The notes under the pieces: model-generated
What the model saw: only the letters and a program-made list of their open reading frames with translations
Told to the model about the DNA's origin: nothing
Databases searched by the model: none
NCBI RefSeq assembly: GCF_000143415.4
Contig: NW_003314283.1
Span: 1,292,330 to 1,356,329 of the forward strand
Length of the DNA: 64,000 nt
Direction of reading: 5' to 3'
Source: Selaginella moellendorffii
Taxonomy: Eukaryota > Plantae > Lycopodiophyta
Shown here: positions 23,011 through 35,003 of the stretch, in pieces
Numbering within the stretch: position 1 is the first letter of the stretch
Layout of the letters: each line of letters opens with the position of its first letter
Position numbers and translations under genes: made by a program

Positions 23011-23424
23011 GTAATTTGGTGTTTGCTTCCAAAGTCTTTTGCTTCGTGTAGAGCTAAATATGTCAAAGTGAATCAAGTTGGGAATGTTATGGTTAGCACT
23101 TCATCAAGATTTTATGGGATTTATGCATACATTTGCTTTAACCACTTTTGACAATACTCTTCAACTAGCAAAACATTATGATACATTGGCTCTTTCACTT
23201 CTCACAGTATGTCCTTCAACTCTACTTCTTATGGGAGATGGTCCTGTTTCAATGGAGGTTGATCTTGCTACTCATATTCAAGGACAAGGGTGAGGATATG
23301 GTCATGGTAATGATGGTTGCTACTAAGTGTGTGATGAGGTTGGTCACACATATTAGCATTATCGACATTTTCTGGATTGGTATCGTTTATTTCTTGGGTG
23401 GAGGCCTTGGCATCAACAATGTCC

Positions 23425-23610
23425 TATTGGTATTGCTGTGGTGAAAAGTTGGATACCAAAATTCTTCTGGGAAATAAGAAACCTTACGAGTAGTGGAGAG
23501 TCCTTGCGCAAATAAAGATATTGGTATTGTTGTGGTGGAAGGTTTAGATACCGAGATTCTTCCTAGAAATGAGGAGTCCTACAAATAGTGGAGAGTTCTT
23601 GCGCAAATAA
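23425..23610. repeat. ~93-bp tandem duplication
   Basis: TATTGGTATTG(C/T)TGTGGTG...TAGTGGAGAGT(C/T)CTTGCGCAAATAA occurs twice. Confidence 0.8.
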
Positions 23611-23711
23611 GATTATTTCTTTCAAGAGTATCATCAAGGTGTTCACTCGGCATCAGTTCACTCGGCACCAATTCATCCAATACTTACTTTCCAAGCTTAT
23701 TTTTATAACAA

Positions 23712-24306
23712 TGTAAGCTTCTAAATTTAAATTTCTCGGGAGGTCACCTAACCTAGTACTATTCAAACCCAAAGATAGTTAACCCCAAATATCTTAAGAC
23801 CTTTAACTGATTGAAAAAGAAAATGCACTTTTGTTCATGGACCCTTTCCCTTTATATTTAAACATTAATGAATTATCTCTCAAGTTGTTCTCTTTGGTTG
23901 TTTACAATCCATTACGCTTCTTTACAAGTTCACACCCTTGTGAATAGAAGATAAAAGCCACAACTCTCCCAAAAGCCCCGCTCTCTTGATACTCTACCCC
24001 TGTAGTCAAGCCCAACCAGAGCACACTAGACCTGCCAAATATCAATTAACATGTGATGTGATTTTGTTAGTCAATCAATAGAGTCAGACCCAAGACCGTT
24101 TCGATACCAAATGTAAACTCTTAAATTTGGATTTCCCAGGATGTCACCTAGCTCAATATTATTTAAATTCAATGACACTTAACCCTAAATATCCCAAGAT
24201 CCTTAACCAATTGAAAAAAGGGATGTATTTTTGTTCATGGGCCCTTTTCTTTTATATTTGAACCCCAATGGATCATCTTTCAAGTCATTCTCTTTAGTTG
24301 CTTACA
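23712..24306 (-). mobile_element. Complete Cassandra-like TRIM copy 2 (LTRs 23712-23906 and 24112-24306, 205-bp internal region)
   Basis: Two 195-bp TG...CA LTRs; PBS-like TGGTATC; purine-rich tract before the 3' LTR; TSD AACAA/AATAA. Confidence 0.9.
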
Positions 24307-24839
24307 AATAAAAGGTCTTCTATTATTCTCTCCATGTTCGTTTATATAAGCTCAAGTTAATTTTTTATTGCTCGGCCTATTACCACATATTGCTATCTAT
24401 ATTTGTCTCGTGCAGTAAAGCCAATTTTCATTCTTTATGGCAATAGCCATATATATGCATATGCATGGGATGAGGTAGACCTATTTGTGTGTGTAAGCAA
24501 TCTTGAGCTTGAGCTTGAGTCATTACAGGTGGTGCTGAATTAAGCTTTTGACCTTATTTTTTGTATGATTAGTTACTATACAATTATGTCAAGTGTGACT
24601 TTGAAGTTTTCCCCCTTGTTTCATACATTTTTATATTTCTTTTATTCCTTTCATTTTTGTTACTTTTTGTTTTTATTCTTTTACCTTTGCTTCCATCACT
24701 TTTGTTTCTCAATTACTTCTTCTTATGCTTCCATTTTGCTCTTTTATTCCCTCTTTAGATCCATCCAACGGTCTTTATGTTGTAGTAGTTGACTGGCTTA
24801 TGAAAAAGTATGTTAATCTCTTTGAATTTGACTTGTTGT

Positions 24840-25200
24840 CTATAGCCAAGATTGCAATAAATCATCCTATTCCAATTGGAGATGTTCGTCCAATCAAGAT
24901 TTCTGTTCATCATCGGTTACCAAAGTAGATCAAAATTTTATTCATAAATGTCAAGTAGATGTTGGAGAAGGATGTTATCTGATAGTCATAGAGTCCTTGG
25001 GTGTGTAAACCTTATCTTGTTATGAAGTCTGATGGGAGTATTCAATTTTACATTGACTATTGATTGTTAAACGAAGTGATGATTTTGGATATACCCTTTT
25101 CCTCACATTGTTAATCTCCTAGATCATCTAAGGAGAAGTTATTGGTTCACCAAGTTAAATTTTACTTGTAAATACTAGCAAATGCTGATAGTTGATGGTT
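24840..25200 (+). pseudogene. Ty3/gypsy reverse transcriptase remnant
   Basis: Translates with stops and frameshifts as HPIPIGDVRPIK...MLEKDVI**S*SPWV..YLVMKSDGSIQFYIDY*LLNEV...PFPHI.NLLDHL..S.WFTKL. Confidence 0.8.
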
Positions 25201-25394
25201 ATTTGCCATCTCTTCGGTATGCACATGTCACAGAGGTACATAATTCTATTACTACTTCACCATATAAACTCTTATATGGTCATGATTCAATACTGCTAAC
25301 AAAGTTGAGGTTACTTTCATAATTATTATGAGTTTTACTAAGTCTTGGGATTAGTATTTAATGAGCATTTTTCCATTTGTTTGAATAGAGTCTA

Positions 25395-25982
25395 CACCAA
25401 AGAGAACAACTTGGAGAAATAATCCATGGGGTTCAAATATAGAGGGAAAAGGCCCATGAATAAGAGTGCACCCCCTTTTTCAATTGGTTAAAGGTTTTGG
25501 GATACTTGGGGTTAAATGTTATTCGGTTTGAATAGTACTAGGCTGGGTAATTTCCTAAGAAGTCCAAATTTAGGAGCTTATATTTAATATCAGAGCAGTC
25601 TCGGGTCCAACTCTGTTGGTTGGCTAAGGGAATGACACCACATGTTGAGATTGACATTTGGCAAGTTCAATTTGCTCCGGTTGAGCTTGACCTAAGGGTA
25701 GGGTGTCCCAAGAGCCCCGCTCTCGGAAGATCTATACCTCTTAGCTTCCATTCATAAGGGTGTGAATTTGTAGGGAAGCGTAATGGATTATAAGCAACCA
25801 AAGAAAATGATTTAAAAAACAATATATAGGGTTCAAATACAGGGGGAAAAGGCCCATGAATAAAAGTGCACCTCCTTTTTCAAATGGTTAAGAGTCTTAG
25901 AATATTTGGGGTTAAACATTATTGGGTTTGAATAATACTGGGTTAGGTGACCTCCCAAGAAGTTTAAACTCAAGAGCTTATA
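25395..25982 (+). mobile_element. Cassandra-like TRIM copy 3 (LTR-internal-LTR; 3' LTR 25789-25982)
   Basis: Same LTR with the 5S-like box; decayed tRNA-Met PBS TTTAATATCAGAGC at 25583; purine-rich tract AGGGAAGCG. Confidence 0.88.
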
Positions 25983-28900
25983 TCTATTGAACATTTGGGT
26001 CGTATATGAGTGGGGGCTACAACTCCCATCATCATCCATTTGCAGAGTACAAAATAGCAACTTAGTGTTAGTTTAATCTTATGGTATATATTTGTTTAAG
26101 GGGCTCTTTCCTCAATAGAAAAGACAATATCAAGTATTGTGGCAAGTTGTATCGCAAGTTTATAAGATTTGGCATGATGTTCATGATCCTGGCTTGTTCA
26201 CCTGAGAACCCTAATTGCCTTCCAAGTGAGGTCCAAGTGTATGGCTATGATACCATATACTAATATTAGTGTAGCAGTTATTGAATTAGTTTCAGTCCGG
26301 ACCACTATATAATTTAGGGATTTTGGGCTGATTAATATGCATATTCCTTTTCTATATTCTATACACTCACAGTATAAAATAAAATAAATTATAAGAATTT
26401 TATTCATAGATATCATAAGATGAATATACTAAATTAGAATATATCTATATGCATAAGATAAATAGCAACTAAATAAGGGATTAAAATATACTTCTTTTTA
26501 AATATAACTAGTTCATATATCTGTATTTTTTCTTTTCATATGTAGTTTTCTATAATAATAAAATTTTAGAACTGTGATTACAATAATAAATTTTTCCAAA
26601 CCCAAACTTGATAACCAAGGTATGAATATGGTTGGTGTAAAGCATATATCTAAGGATATTCTAGGATATTCTTCAATGTGATATATAATCTATGTGTAAA
26701 AAGTTTCAATAAAAACTAAACAAATCTCAATCAAATGCATGGTTTTTGCCAATCCCTCTAAAGCATAAGTTCTACACTCTCTAGATTTGTTGCACATATA
26801 ATGGATTTATCTAGAAGCTTGTCTATGAAAGACCTTGGACCTAATGAGCTCCATTAGCATCTCCCCATGGAAATCTCCTCAATGCTTTAGTGTCTCCTCA
26901 AGAACAAGTATTTAGGCCAATCCATCTTTGATGAGCTATAGAACATTCTGTAGTAAGAGGACCTTGAGGAGATCCTTAGGGTTCTTTGCATGAGTTTCAG
27001 TGCAACAAAGATAAAAAGAAGATTCCCAGAAATGGTCGATTTTGATAGTAAAGCTTAGCATTACTTTGTTTAATTAACCTAAGATTCACATCCTTTTAAC
27101 TAAACATCCAAACAGGACATCAGAAGTGTCCTCTCAAGTCTCTTGTTCCTTGGGGAATCCAAGTTCGAATACCCAACTTTAAAAATTAGATCAATTATCG
27201 AGAGTGCCCACCAAGCCAATTATGCCTGGAGCTTAGTGGCAAGCCTTGTACATCTACATTGATTTTCTTTTGCAATACTGGAACCATGTTCTATAAGGAG
27301 GTGAGGAAATTACTACTGAATCTGTTTAGTTTCAGGAAAATCATATAATAATTGTGATGCAGTAATTAAGATGAATACATATGCAATATTTGTTTATAAA
27401 TGTTTTTATTGATATTTTATATAGACATCTTAAAATTTTTGGTTAATAATTCTTTCTTGCCGGTACTGAATTGATTCAATAGCTGCTTGTTCGCTTTCAG
27501 GAGTTGATGATAAGGGCTTCCACGCCTCTCAATTGAGGTTGTAAGACCGACAATACTGTAGCATTGTAGCCTTCATAGCCTCGTCCGCAACAGTCCAATC
27601 ACTTCATCGAAGCAGACTGTATCTAGGTAATGCGACATCAATTAGCTTGTGATAGATAGGAAGAAGATTGATGTAGGTTTCGTTGGATGCTTCCACGAAA
27701 AACTCGGCCGGATGTCATAACCTTGCGCGGGAGAGGGAGCTCAGGATCGGCCGCCATGGAGCCACTGCCCGTTGAGAACTCTGGGGCTCAGGTCGTTGAC
27801 GTGAGTGGTGCCTTGGACTGGCTCTATCTCTGCGAAGAAGACATCGAGGATTCCAGTAAGGACTACGAAAACGGCTCGCCTGGCATGGAGGAGGCCCTGG
27901 CAGTGGAATGGATTTTCGCTGCCAACTTGAACATAGAATCGTGACATGACGTGGCAGCACTGTCGTTACCGAAGGCCTCTGGATCATCCGAGAATGGAGT
28001 TGGCACCACCGTTCTCGTGTTTCCATGCCTTCCCCCGTCCTTGCTCATCCTTCACGGTCTCGGGGACAGCCTTGAAAGTCTTCTCGGGACCTGCGGCTTT
28101 ACCTTGGTCTTCCTCCAAATCTCGCCTGGAACCTCGATTCTCTGGTTTTTTCTTTCTTCTTTGTTCTTGAACTTGCAGCTACAAGATACAGACTCTTGCT
28201 GGAACAAAATTTATTCCCGAGCTTCGGATGGACAGGTAGTCTAGTATCCATAATTCAATGCCCAGGTTGCAGTGGATATGGGACCTCCCACGCTGCAAAG
28301 GTCCAATTGTGGTCAATTCCCCACAATTACTGACCTGATTTACAAGGACGCTCTTATATTGAAGGTTTGTAACTTAACCATGATAGAGGCAATTGTGGAA
28401 GCGAAACAAATTCTTGCTTTGGAACAATATTGAGTGTTGTGAGTGGCTTTGGAGCAATATTGAGTGTTGTGAGTGGTGGTACAACTGTGTTTTCAAGAGG
28501 CTTTTTATTGCTAATAAGATTTGCTCTTTTAAAATTTGACTCTGAAACACGACTCTAAACACAAGTTTGTCTTTTCAGTATTTTAAGGCTTTCTGTATTA
28601 CAGGACAAGCCAAAGATGGCCATTTAATCTAGCCGAGGTAATTAAATTATTCTAGATATTTACAATAATTTTTTTTTGTGTGAGCAGAGTAATATTATCT
28701 GATTGGCCATGGATACAAAAATACTAGCTAGAGTTTTGATGATTTTGGTTTTTACTTTGTTAGGTATGTATGATATTTATGGATCACTATGCTTTTTCTT
28801 TTTTGGTTTTCTTAGGCTTGCAGTGGATACTCTAAATCTTGTAATGATTCTAGAGTCAATTTTGTTGGCATTCTATGGTCATTTTGCATCAAAGTTATTC

Positions 28901-31427
28901 TACACTAATTTACCTTCGATGGCAAGCTTGTTCTTGGCAGAGATTTCTGGAAATCATGCGGGGAGTACTCAGTGGATTCCAATGGGAAACTCTCCGGATT
29001 TTGTAAAAATAAAAAAGGTGAGTCTATTTCTACATTCTTCCCTCTTGATGATTTTGTTTCAAATGAGAATGGTTACTTAAGATTTTGCTAATGTCAAAAC
29101 AAGTAAAAAACACATAAGTATTTATTCAGATAAATACAATGTTAAGCACATTCTACTACAGTTCAGTTTGTATATATCATAAACGAAATATAAGCCTATA
29201 ATAAAAACAATAATAATAATTTTGCATCAGCGGCCATAGCACTGGCTGTTAGGTTTGGTAGGCGAAGAACATCAACATTGCCATTTCGCCACCTAAATTG
29301 TTGTTCTAGAGGTTTAGGATCCTTAGCACCAAGAGGTTGGAGATGAAGTTCTCATCAACTAAGCTGTTGTAGGAAGAGCTCTTGGGCTGTTACAACCCAT
29401 GGTGCTAGCCACTATGGCCTTTGCTATGTTTTCCAAGCATTTTACAAGCAGAATGAACATCTTCACTGAGTAAATTAATTGGAAAATTTGGGGTTTGATA
29501 TTGTTGAGGCCACCTCCAAGGTTTTGAGCAATTACAACTATGCTCCAAAAAGGACATTGGCAGAACTTGTGATATCTTACATTGTTTTCTTTGAAAGTAT
29601 ACATTTTCCACAAGAAAAACATATAGTTCAATAGTATTTATTCTATAAAAGAATATTATACTATAAATAAATAATTATAGAAGCTATTACATAAATATTA
29701 TGAATCATATAGTAACACATGTTTTTTAATATTGGAAGTGATATTTCTCCTACCATGCTTAAAATCTAAAAAACCACATAAGCTTATTGAACTATGATCA
29801 TTATTTTGTCCCTTCTCGGGCCGTCCTCATACCGACCGGGAAGTCAGGAGCGACATGACCACCCTCCCGACCCGCCATTTAGTTTCCTCTTGACAAGTAT
29901 CAAATTTATACTCTCCTCCTTGACTACTCAATCTAGAGAAGACACATTTTCAAAGCCAAATGGTGGATGAATGATCAACTCTGCTAAAGTCTAGATTAGC
30001 AAGAGCATCATCCATAGGCACAATAGCTCCAACTTTGCTAATTTACATGACATTAAAAAGGTGAGAAAAGAGTCCTTTTTAGCTTAGCACTACAAAATCC
30101 ACCCTATATCAGCAGATTTTGCTCTTCCTTCTGGTGATGCAGGTTCAAAAACTTCTGAAGACCTCACCCAGTAAACCTCCTCAACAAATGATTGATAAGG
30201 ATAAACTTTGGATAGCTAAACGATGAAGAAATTATAATGTTAGACCCAATTGATTTCAACCTTCTTCTAGAGGTTTTTGATGCTTAAGATCTATGAAACA
30301 ACCAGAATTTTTACTTCTAAGGCTTGATTCATTACTTAATGGAAGTTATCTGACTTTTTTCTTGATCTCATGCTTGGCTTGTACTATGTCTTATAAACAG
30401 CTTTTTTTTCCATCTTTTCCAACTTTTTTCCATGCTTAGTCTATTGGTTCAAGTAATCATTGCCACGCTTTTTCATAAATTTTTCTTGGATTGGACTGAA
30501 TGCAATGCAAAAACAAACTTGAGGTTTGGTAAAAAATGAGACCGAAAAGAAAGTTTTCATGGACAAAGGATCAAACATGTAAATTAATTTTTTTTTTTGG
30601 AGAAATGATTTGCAATGAGGTGTGATTTCATTACTTGTGTTCACATTATGCAATCAAAAGTCTTTATTTTAATGCATGTTGGTTATGGTGGTCTTATAAG
30701 TGGTAAGTCGTGGATGGATAGCAATGAGGCTTTAAATCATTTTGTCTAGGCTTGCTATTAAAAATTTGGGTTACAATGCTCAATTCTTTTTTGAGGAATT
30801 TTGCTATTGTTTGGTGTTGGATTAGTGTTGAGTTAACATTGGAAAAGGAGTGGCATAAGCTTATCTGTGTTGTGAACAAAAGTTAGTGATGTTAAATGCT
30901 GTAAATCTTTATCAATTGAGTGTGGCATTTATGTTGCATTTTGTCAAATCAGGTTGGCACTTGATATTCACATAAATCTTTGAAGTAATAACATAGGTGT
31001 TACTTGTGGTGTTGCTCAATTGATGAACAAATCATTGTGATACTTATATCATATCCATATGATAATGAGCAATATGTTTACAAAGTTGCTTCGTTAAACA
31101 ATGATCAACCCCAAAGTGGTTGATGGTGAAGCTAATCTACTTGTACAAAGTAGTATTGTAGTAGATTTAACTAGATTCTTTATAGTGATATATTATGCTA
31201 AACTTAAATTGGTTCCTTAATTCCTTGAGTTTGCCCATTGAGGTATTGAAAAAGGTTATAACATTCACTTGCTATGACTTGTTGGTACATTTGTTAACAT
31301 TTGGAGTAGATTGTTAAATGGAGAAAGTGTGTAGTGGAGGTATTAACATTGCTAACACTTGTGTTAGTAGAAGTGGCATTATTATCTTGAGTGATGAAGA
31401 ATTCTCTTTAGACCTTAATTTTCTGTT

Positions 31428-32098
31428 TGTAGCACACTCTATCTCTCTCCCCTTAAGCCAACTGGAAAGTGGCAATTGCTTGATGAGAGAGCCGTTAGTG
31501 GCTATTTTATCCCCATTTATCTCCTAAGATTTCAAGGATCCACAGTGACAGTATATCTAAATCTTATCCCATGATCACATGCGCTACACTCACCCCCCCC
31601 TTTCAGAGATGTCAATATCTTCATTGATTATTGATTAACAACCTCTATTGAGTCAAGAAGAACCAACACCTCCATTTCCATACTGAATCTACCAATCTTT
31701 CCATTGTGTAGACTAGCTATTCCATGTGAGGCAATTAGTTATCCACCCGTACTGCAGTCCCACGGTGGATACTCCACACAAGAGGAAGGATATACGTATG
31801 AATATCCAATACGTACAATTTCAAATTTAGGGGTAAGAATATACCTTGCTTAAAGGTATATTATATTTTTAAGTAGCCACTAATTAATGGGAATCAAACC
31901 CATGCCATTTGCTCCGATACCATATGTAGCGCACCCTATTTCTCTCCCCTTAAGCCAACTAAAAAAGGGGCAATTGCTTGATAAAAGAGCCTTTAGTGGC
32001 TATTTTATCCTCATTTATCTCGTAAGGTTCCAAGGATCCACGGTGATAGTATATCTAAATCTCATCCCATGATCACACCCATAATTACATATGCTATA
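31428..32098 (-). mobile_element. Second non-autonomous LTR family (TRIM-like): LTRs 31428-31588 and 31925-~32098
   Basis: TGTAGC...GCTACA termini; on the minus strand PPT GGGGGGGGTGAG and PBS TGGTATCGGAGC; no internal ORF. Confidence 0.85.
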
Positions 32099-32582
32099 AT
32101 GTCATTTATCTTGTTAGTGTTTTAGCTTTACATTAAATCTTGAGGTGATTGAAGAAGAGTGTTAGTGCAATGTGGATATCCGAAAATATGGTCTTCGTGC
32201 TTTAGAACTGAGCTTGATGACTCAATATATCTAGAATAATATTGTCTTTACCAAGTTTATAGATGATTTCGATATTGAATCTAATGAACTTTTCTTACCA
32301 ATGAGTTTGCTTTGGCATAAGCTTTAGTTGCATTGCAAAGTAGCTTAGTGTGTTATGACCTATATAAAGCTTAGTATATCCACCCAAATAGTGTCTCCAA
32401 TATTCTAACACCAACACTATAGCAAACCTCTCTTTTGTTTGAGTGAGCTAGTTTTGTTGGGTCTCATCCAATTTTGTGGAGTAAAATGCAATGGGATAAT
32501 AATAATATAACACCAACTGCATTATCAAATTTTATCGTAACATAGCACCTATAACATAGCCAAATTTATCACAATGCACTTA

Positions 32583-32741
32583 TGTAGTGTATATGATTAT
32601 GGGATGAGATTTAGATATATTGTCACTGTGAATCCTTAAAACCTTGGGGATAAATGAAAATAAAATAGCCACTAAGGGCTCTCATAAAACAATTGCCTAT
32701 TTTCCAGTTAGATTAGGGGGAGAGAGATAAAGTGTGTTACA
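32583..32741 (+). mobile_element. Solo LTR of the second TRIM family
   Basis: Reverse-complement match to 31428-31588; TSD ACTTA/ACTTT. Confidence 0.8.
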
Positions 32742-34552
32742 ACTTTAAAGGATTTATCAAAATCCAAAATTCTGAGAATATGAATTGTAATCAAAATCTC
32801 CTTCAACCTTACAAAAGCATACTTATAAGTTGGTGTCTAGTGAAATGGTCTCATCTACAATTCCATCTTATAGTCTTCATTTTAGTTTCAGTTGAGGATT
32901 AATCATTTGTAACTAGCTTCTTCAATCGTACTCTGTTAATGAGGTTATTGTAGTTTGATTGGATTCAAATAGTTATTTGGTTCATATTTATTTATATTCC
33001 TATATCTTGTATCCAGAGTGTTACATTCCATTAGATAAGTATATGACTTAATAATATGAGTTTAGTGTTTGGGTCTTATGAAAAGTATATTAAGAAGTGA
33101 TTATTGATTGTTTTGTGACTAATGATTGCTTATAAACTTCATTGAAGACTATTGACACTTAACTTGATGATGATTTAATAATGAAAAGCTTGTTTTACTA
33201 GATGGTGTTATAAAGGATCATATCATTGGGTTTGTATAGTTTTTGTATTAGTATGTGAATTCCACCTTTGTCAGTATTATTTAATTGCATTTATTTTATA
33301 ATGTTGGATTGCAATGAATCCTAGATATGGTGATTCACTTCTTGATTATTTGTTATTTGTAACTGAGTATTGTTGAAGGCTTGGTCTTAAATATTGAGTA
33401 AAGTATCTTTAATTTTAATTAGCTTCGTTGCTAAAGAGTTTTGAGTGGTAATTTATTTTTGCATTCTTCTAGTCTTTTTCTAGTATTGATGATGTTAAAA
33501 TGATGTTTTGACATTGACATTATTGGAGCTGAAATTACAATAAGATTAGATGTTTTCTCTATAGATTTTCCATTTATAGTGATTCAAATAGTTGGTGATT
33601 AGTTACTGGCTATTGGAGATTGACATTTCTATTTTGCTAGTCTCAATGAAGATAATATTAATAGTTTGGCTATATCTTTGTGTTGTTTTATATTAACGTT
33701 GAGTGATAAGTTGAGTTAGTCTTTTTTTAGACAAGATTTGGTTTGGCTTTGGCTTCTCTTTGAAGAGTGATTTAGTTATGAATTATATTAGTTTTGCAAA
33801 AGAAAAAGCTAATGATTGATATTGGAGTTCTTGGATCTTTGTTAATTGAGATGAGAATGTCAATTATTAATGATTCTTTTTGTATATATATTATGAAGTG
33901 AGTTACGTCTTGTTATAGAATATGAATTCATAAAGAATCGTTTCGTGATCACTTAAGAAGTGTAGTATTGTTGTGTTTGATTTTTGCATTAATATAGATA
34001 TGTTCTTCATTAACTTTTGCATTATCAAGTTTTAGTTTATGGATGTGTTTGCAATTTTTTTTCTATATGTTTTGACTATAGCTTTCTTCAAACTTTTAGT
34101 TCTTTAGTTCTTATACTCATTACTCTATTTATTTGGAGTTGTCATAACTTATTAATTCCATTGTTCAAGTTAGCAATCATTGATGATGATTGATCCTTAT
34201 TTGGGATAGTTGATTGTCTTTGTTAATGATGGATGGTTTATTGTTCTTTAAGATGGTGGATTATTCAATGATGAATATATATTTCTTTTTTTTTTATTGA
34301 CAATCTTTAGTGATAACTTTTAGATTTTTGTATTATTATATATTCTTTGTAGTGTGTAATAGATTATTCTAGAGAAGCCCACTCTTTTAACACCCTACCC
34401 TTCGGGTCAAGCCTAACTAGAGTAAATTAGACTACTAAATGTTAATCTCTATATATGGTGTGATTTCTCTAGCCAATTAATAGAGTTAAACTTGAGACTC
34501 TAATACTAAACTCTTGAATTTAGACTGAATTTAAATTGAATTTAGACTCTAT

Positions 34553-34726
34553 TTCACAATGATAGGAAGAGCCGATATTAAAGGATCAAAAAGCAATGTC
34601 ACTATAAACACTTGGCTACCATAAGTTAATTATCCCTTTGATAACTTTTCTGACACCTCCAACTTCAAATTTGGAAACACTAAAAGATCAATAACAAATG
34701 TTTTCACAATTTATATTTGTACTTGA
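34553..34726 (-). pseudogene. 25S rRNA (domain V) fragment, antisense on the + strand, decayed
   Basis: GATAGGAAGAGCCGA..AAGGATCAAAAAGCAA...TTATCCCT.TG.TAACTTTTCTGACACCTC is the reverse complement of conserved LSU rRNA, with many C>T/G>A changes. Confidence 0.9.
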
Positions 34727-34736
34727 TAACATATGA

Positions 34737-35003
34737 CATAGTAATATTACTTTTTAATCCTTCGTTATCAACTCTTCCTATAATTGTCAAGCAAAATTCA
34801 CTAAGTGTTGGATTGTTCATCCACCAATAAGGAACATGAGTTAGGTTTAAACCATTATAAAACATGTTAGTTTTACCATATTGATGAGCTATGCTGCAAT
34901 AGTAATTCAATTTAGTATAAAAGAAATTATTGATTTGCATAATTGGTAATTATGCTTGATTGAAAACCCAATGGCACAAAAATACCATGCACAGGATTAT
35001 GAC
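34737..35003 (+). pseudogene. 25S rRNA (domain V-VI) fragment, sense, decayed
   Basis: CTCTTCCTAT..TTGT.AAGCA.AATTCAC.AAGTGTTGGATTGTTCA.CCACCAATA.GGAAC...GTTAGTTTTACC...GGATTATGAC matches LSU rRNA. Confidence 0.9.

Larger units (their letters stand above)
21780..26371 (+). mobile_element. Decayed Ty3/gypsy LTR retrotransposon (LTR-like repeats ~21780-21955 and ~26225-26371) with nested TRIMs
   Basis: Direct repeats GTGAGGT(G/C)CAAGTGTATGGCTATGAT(G/A)CCATATACTAATATTAG...ATACACTCA, flanked by GTAT on both sides, with an internal RT remnant. Confidence 0.6.

Noticed and set aside
29811-29880. Short GC-rich patch (ncRNA or organellar insert?)
   Set aside because: Too short, with no recognisable motif; it needs BLAST.
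32750-34370. Possible LINE or other TE coding remnant
   Set aside because: Too decayed to recover any diagnostic motif by eye.
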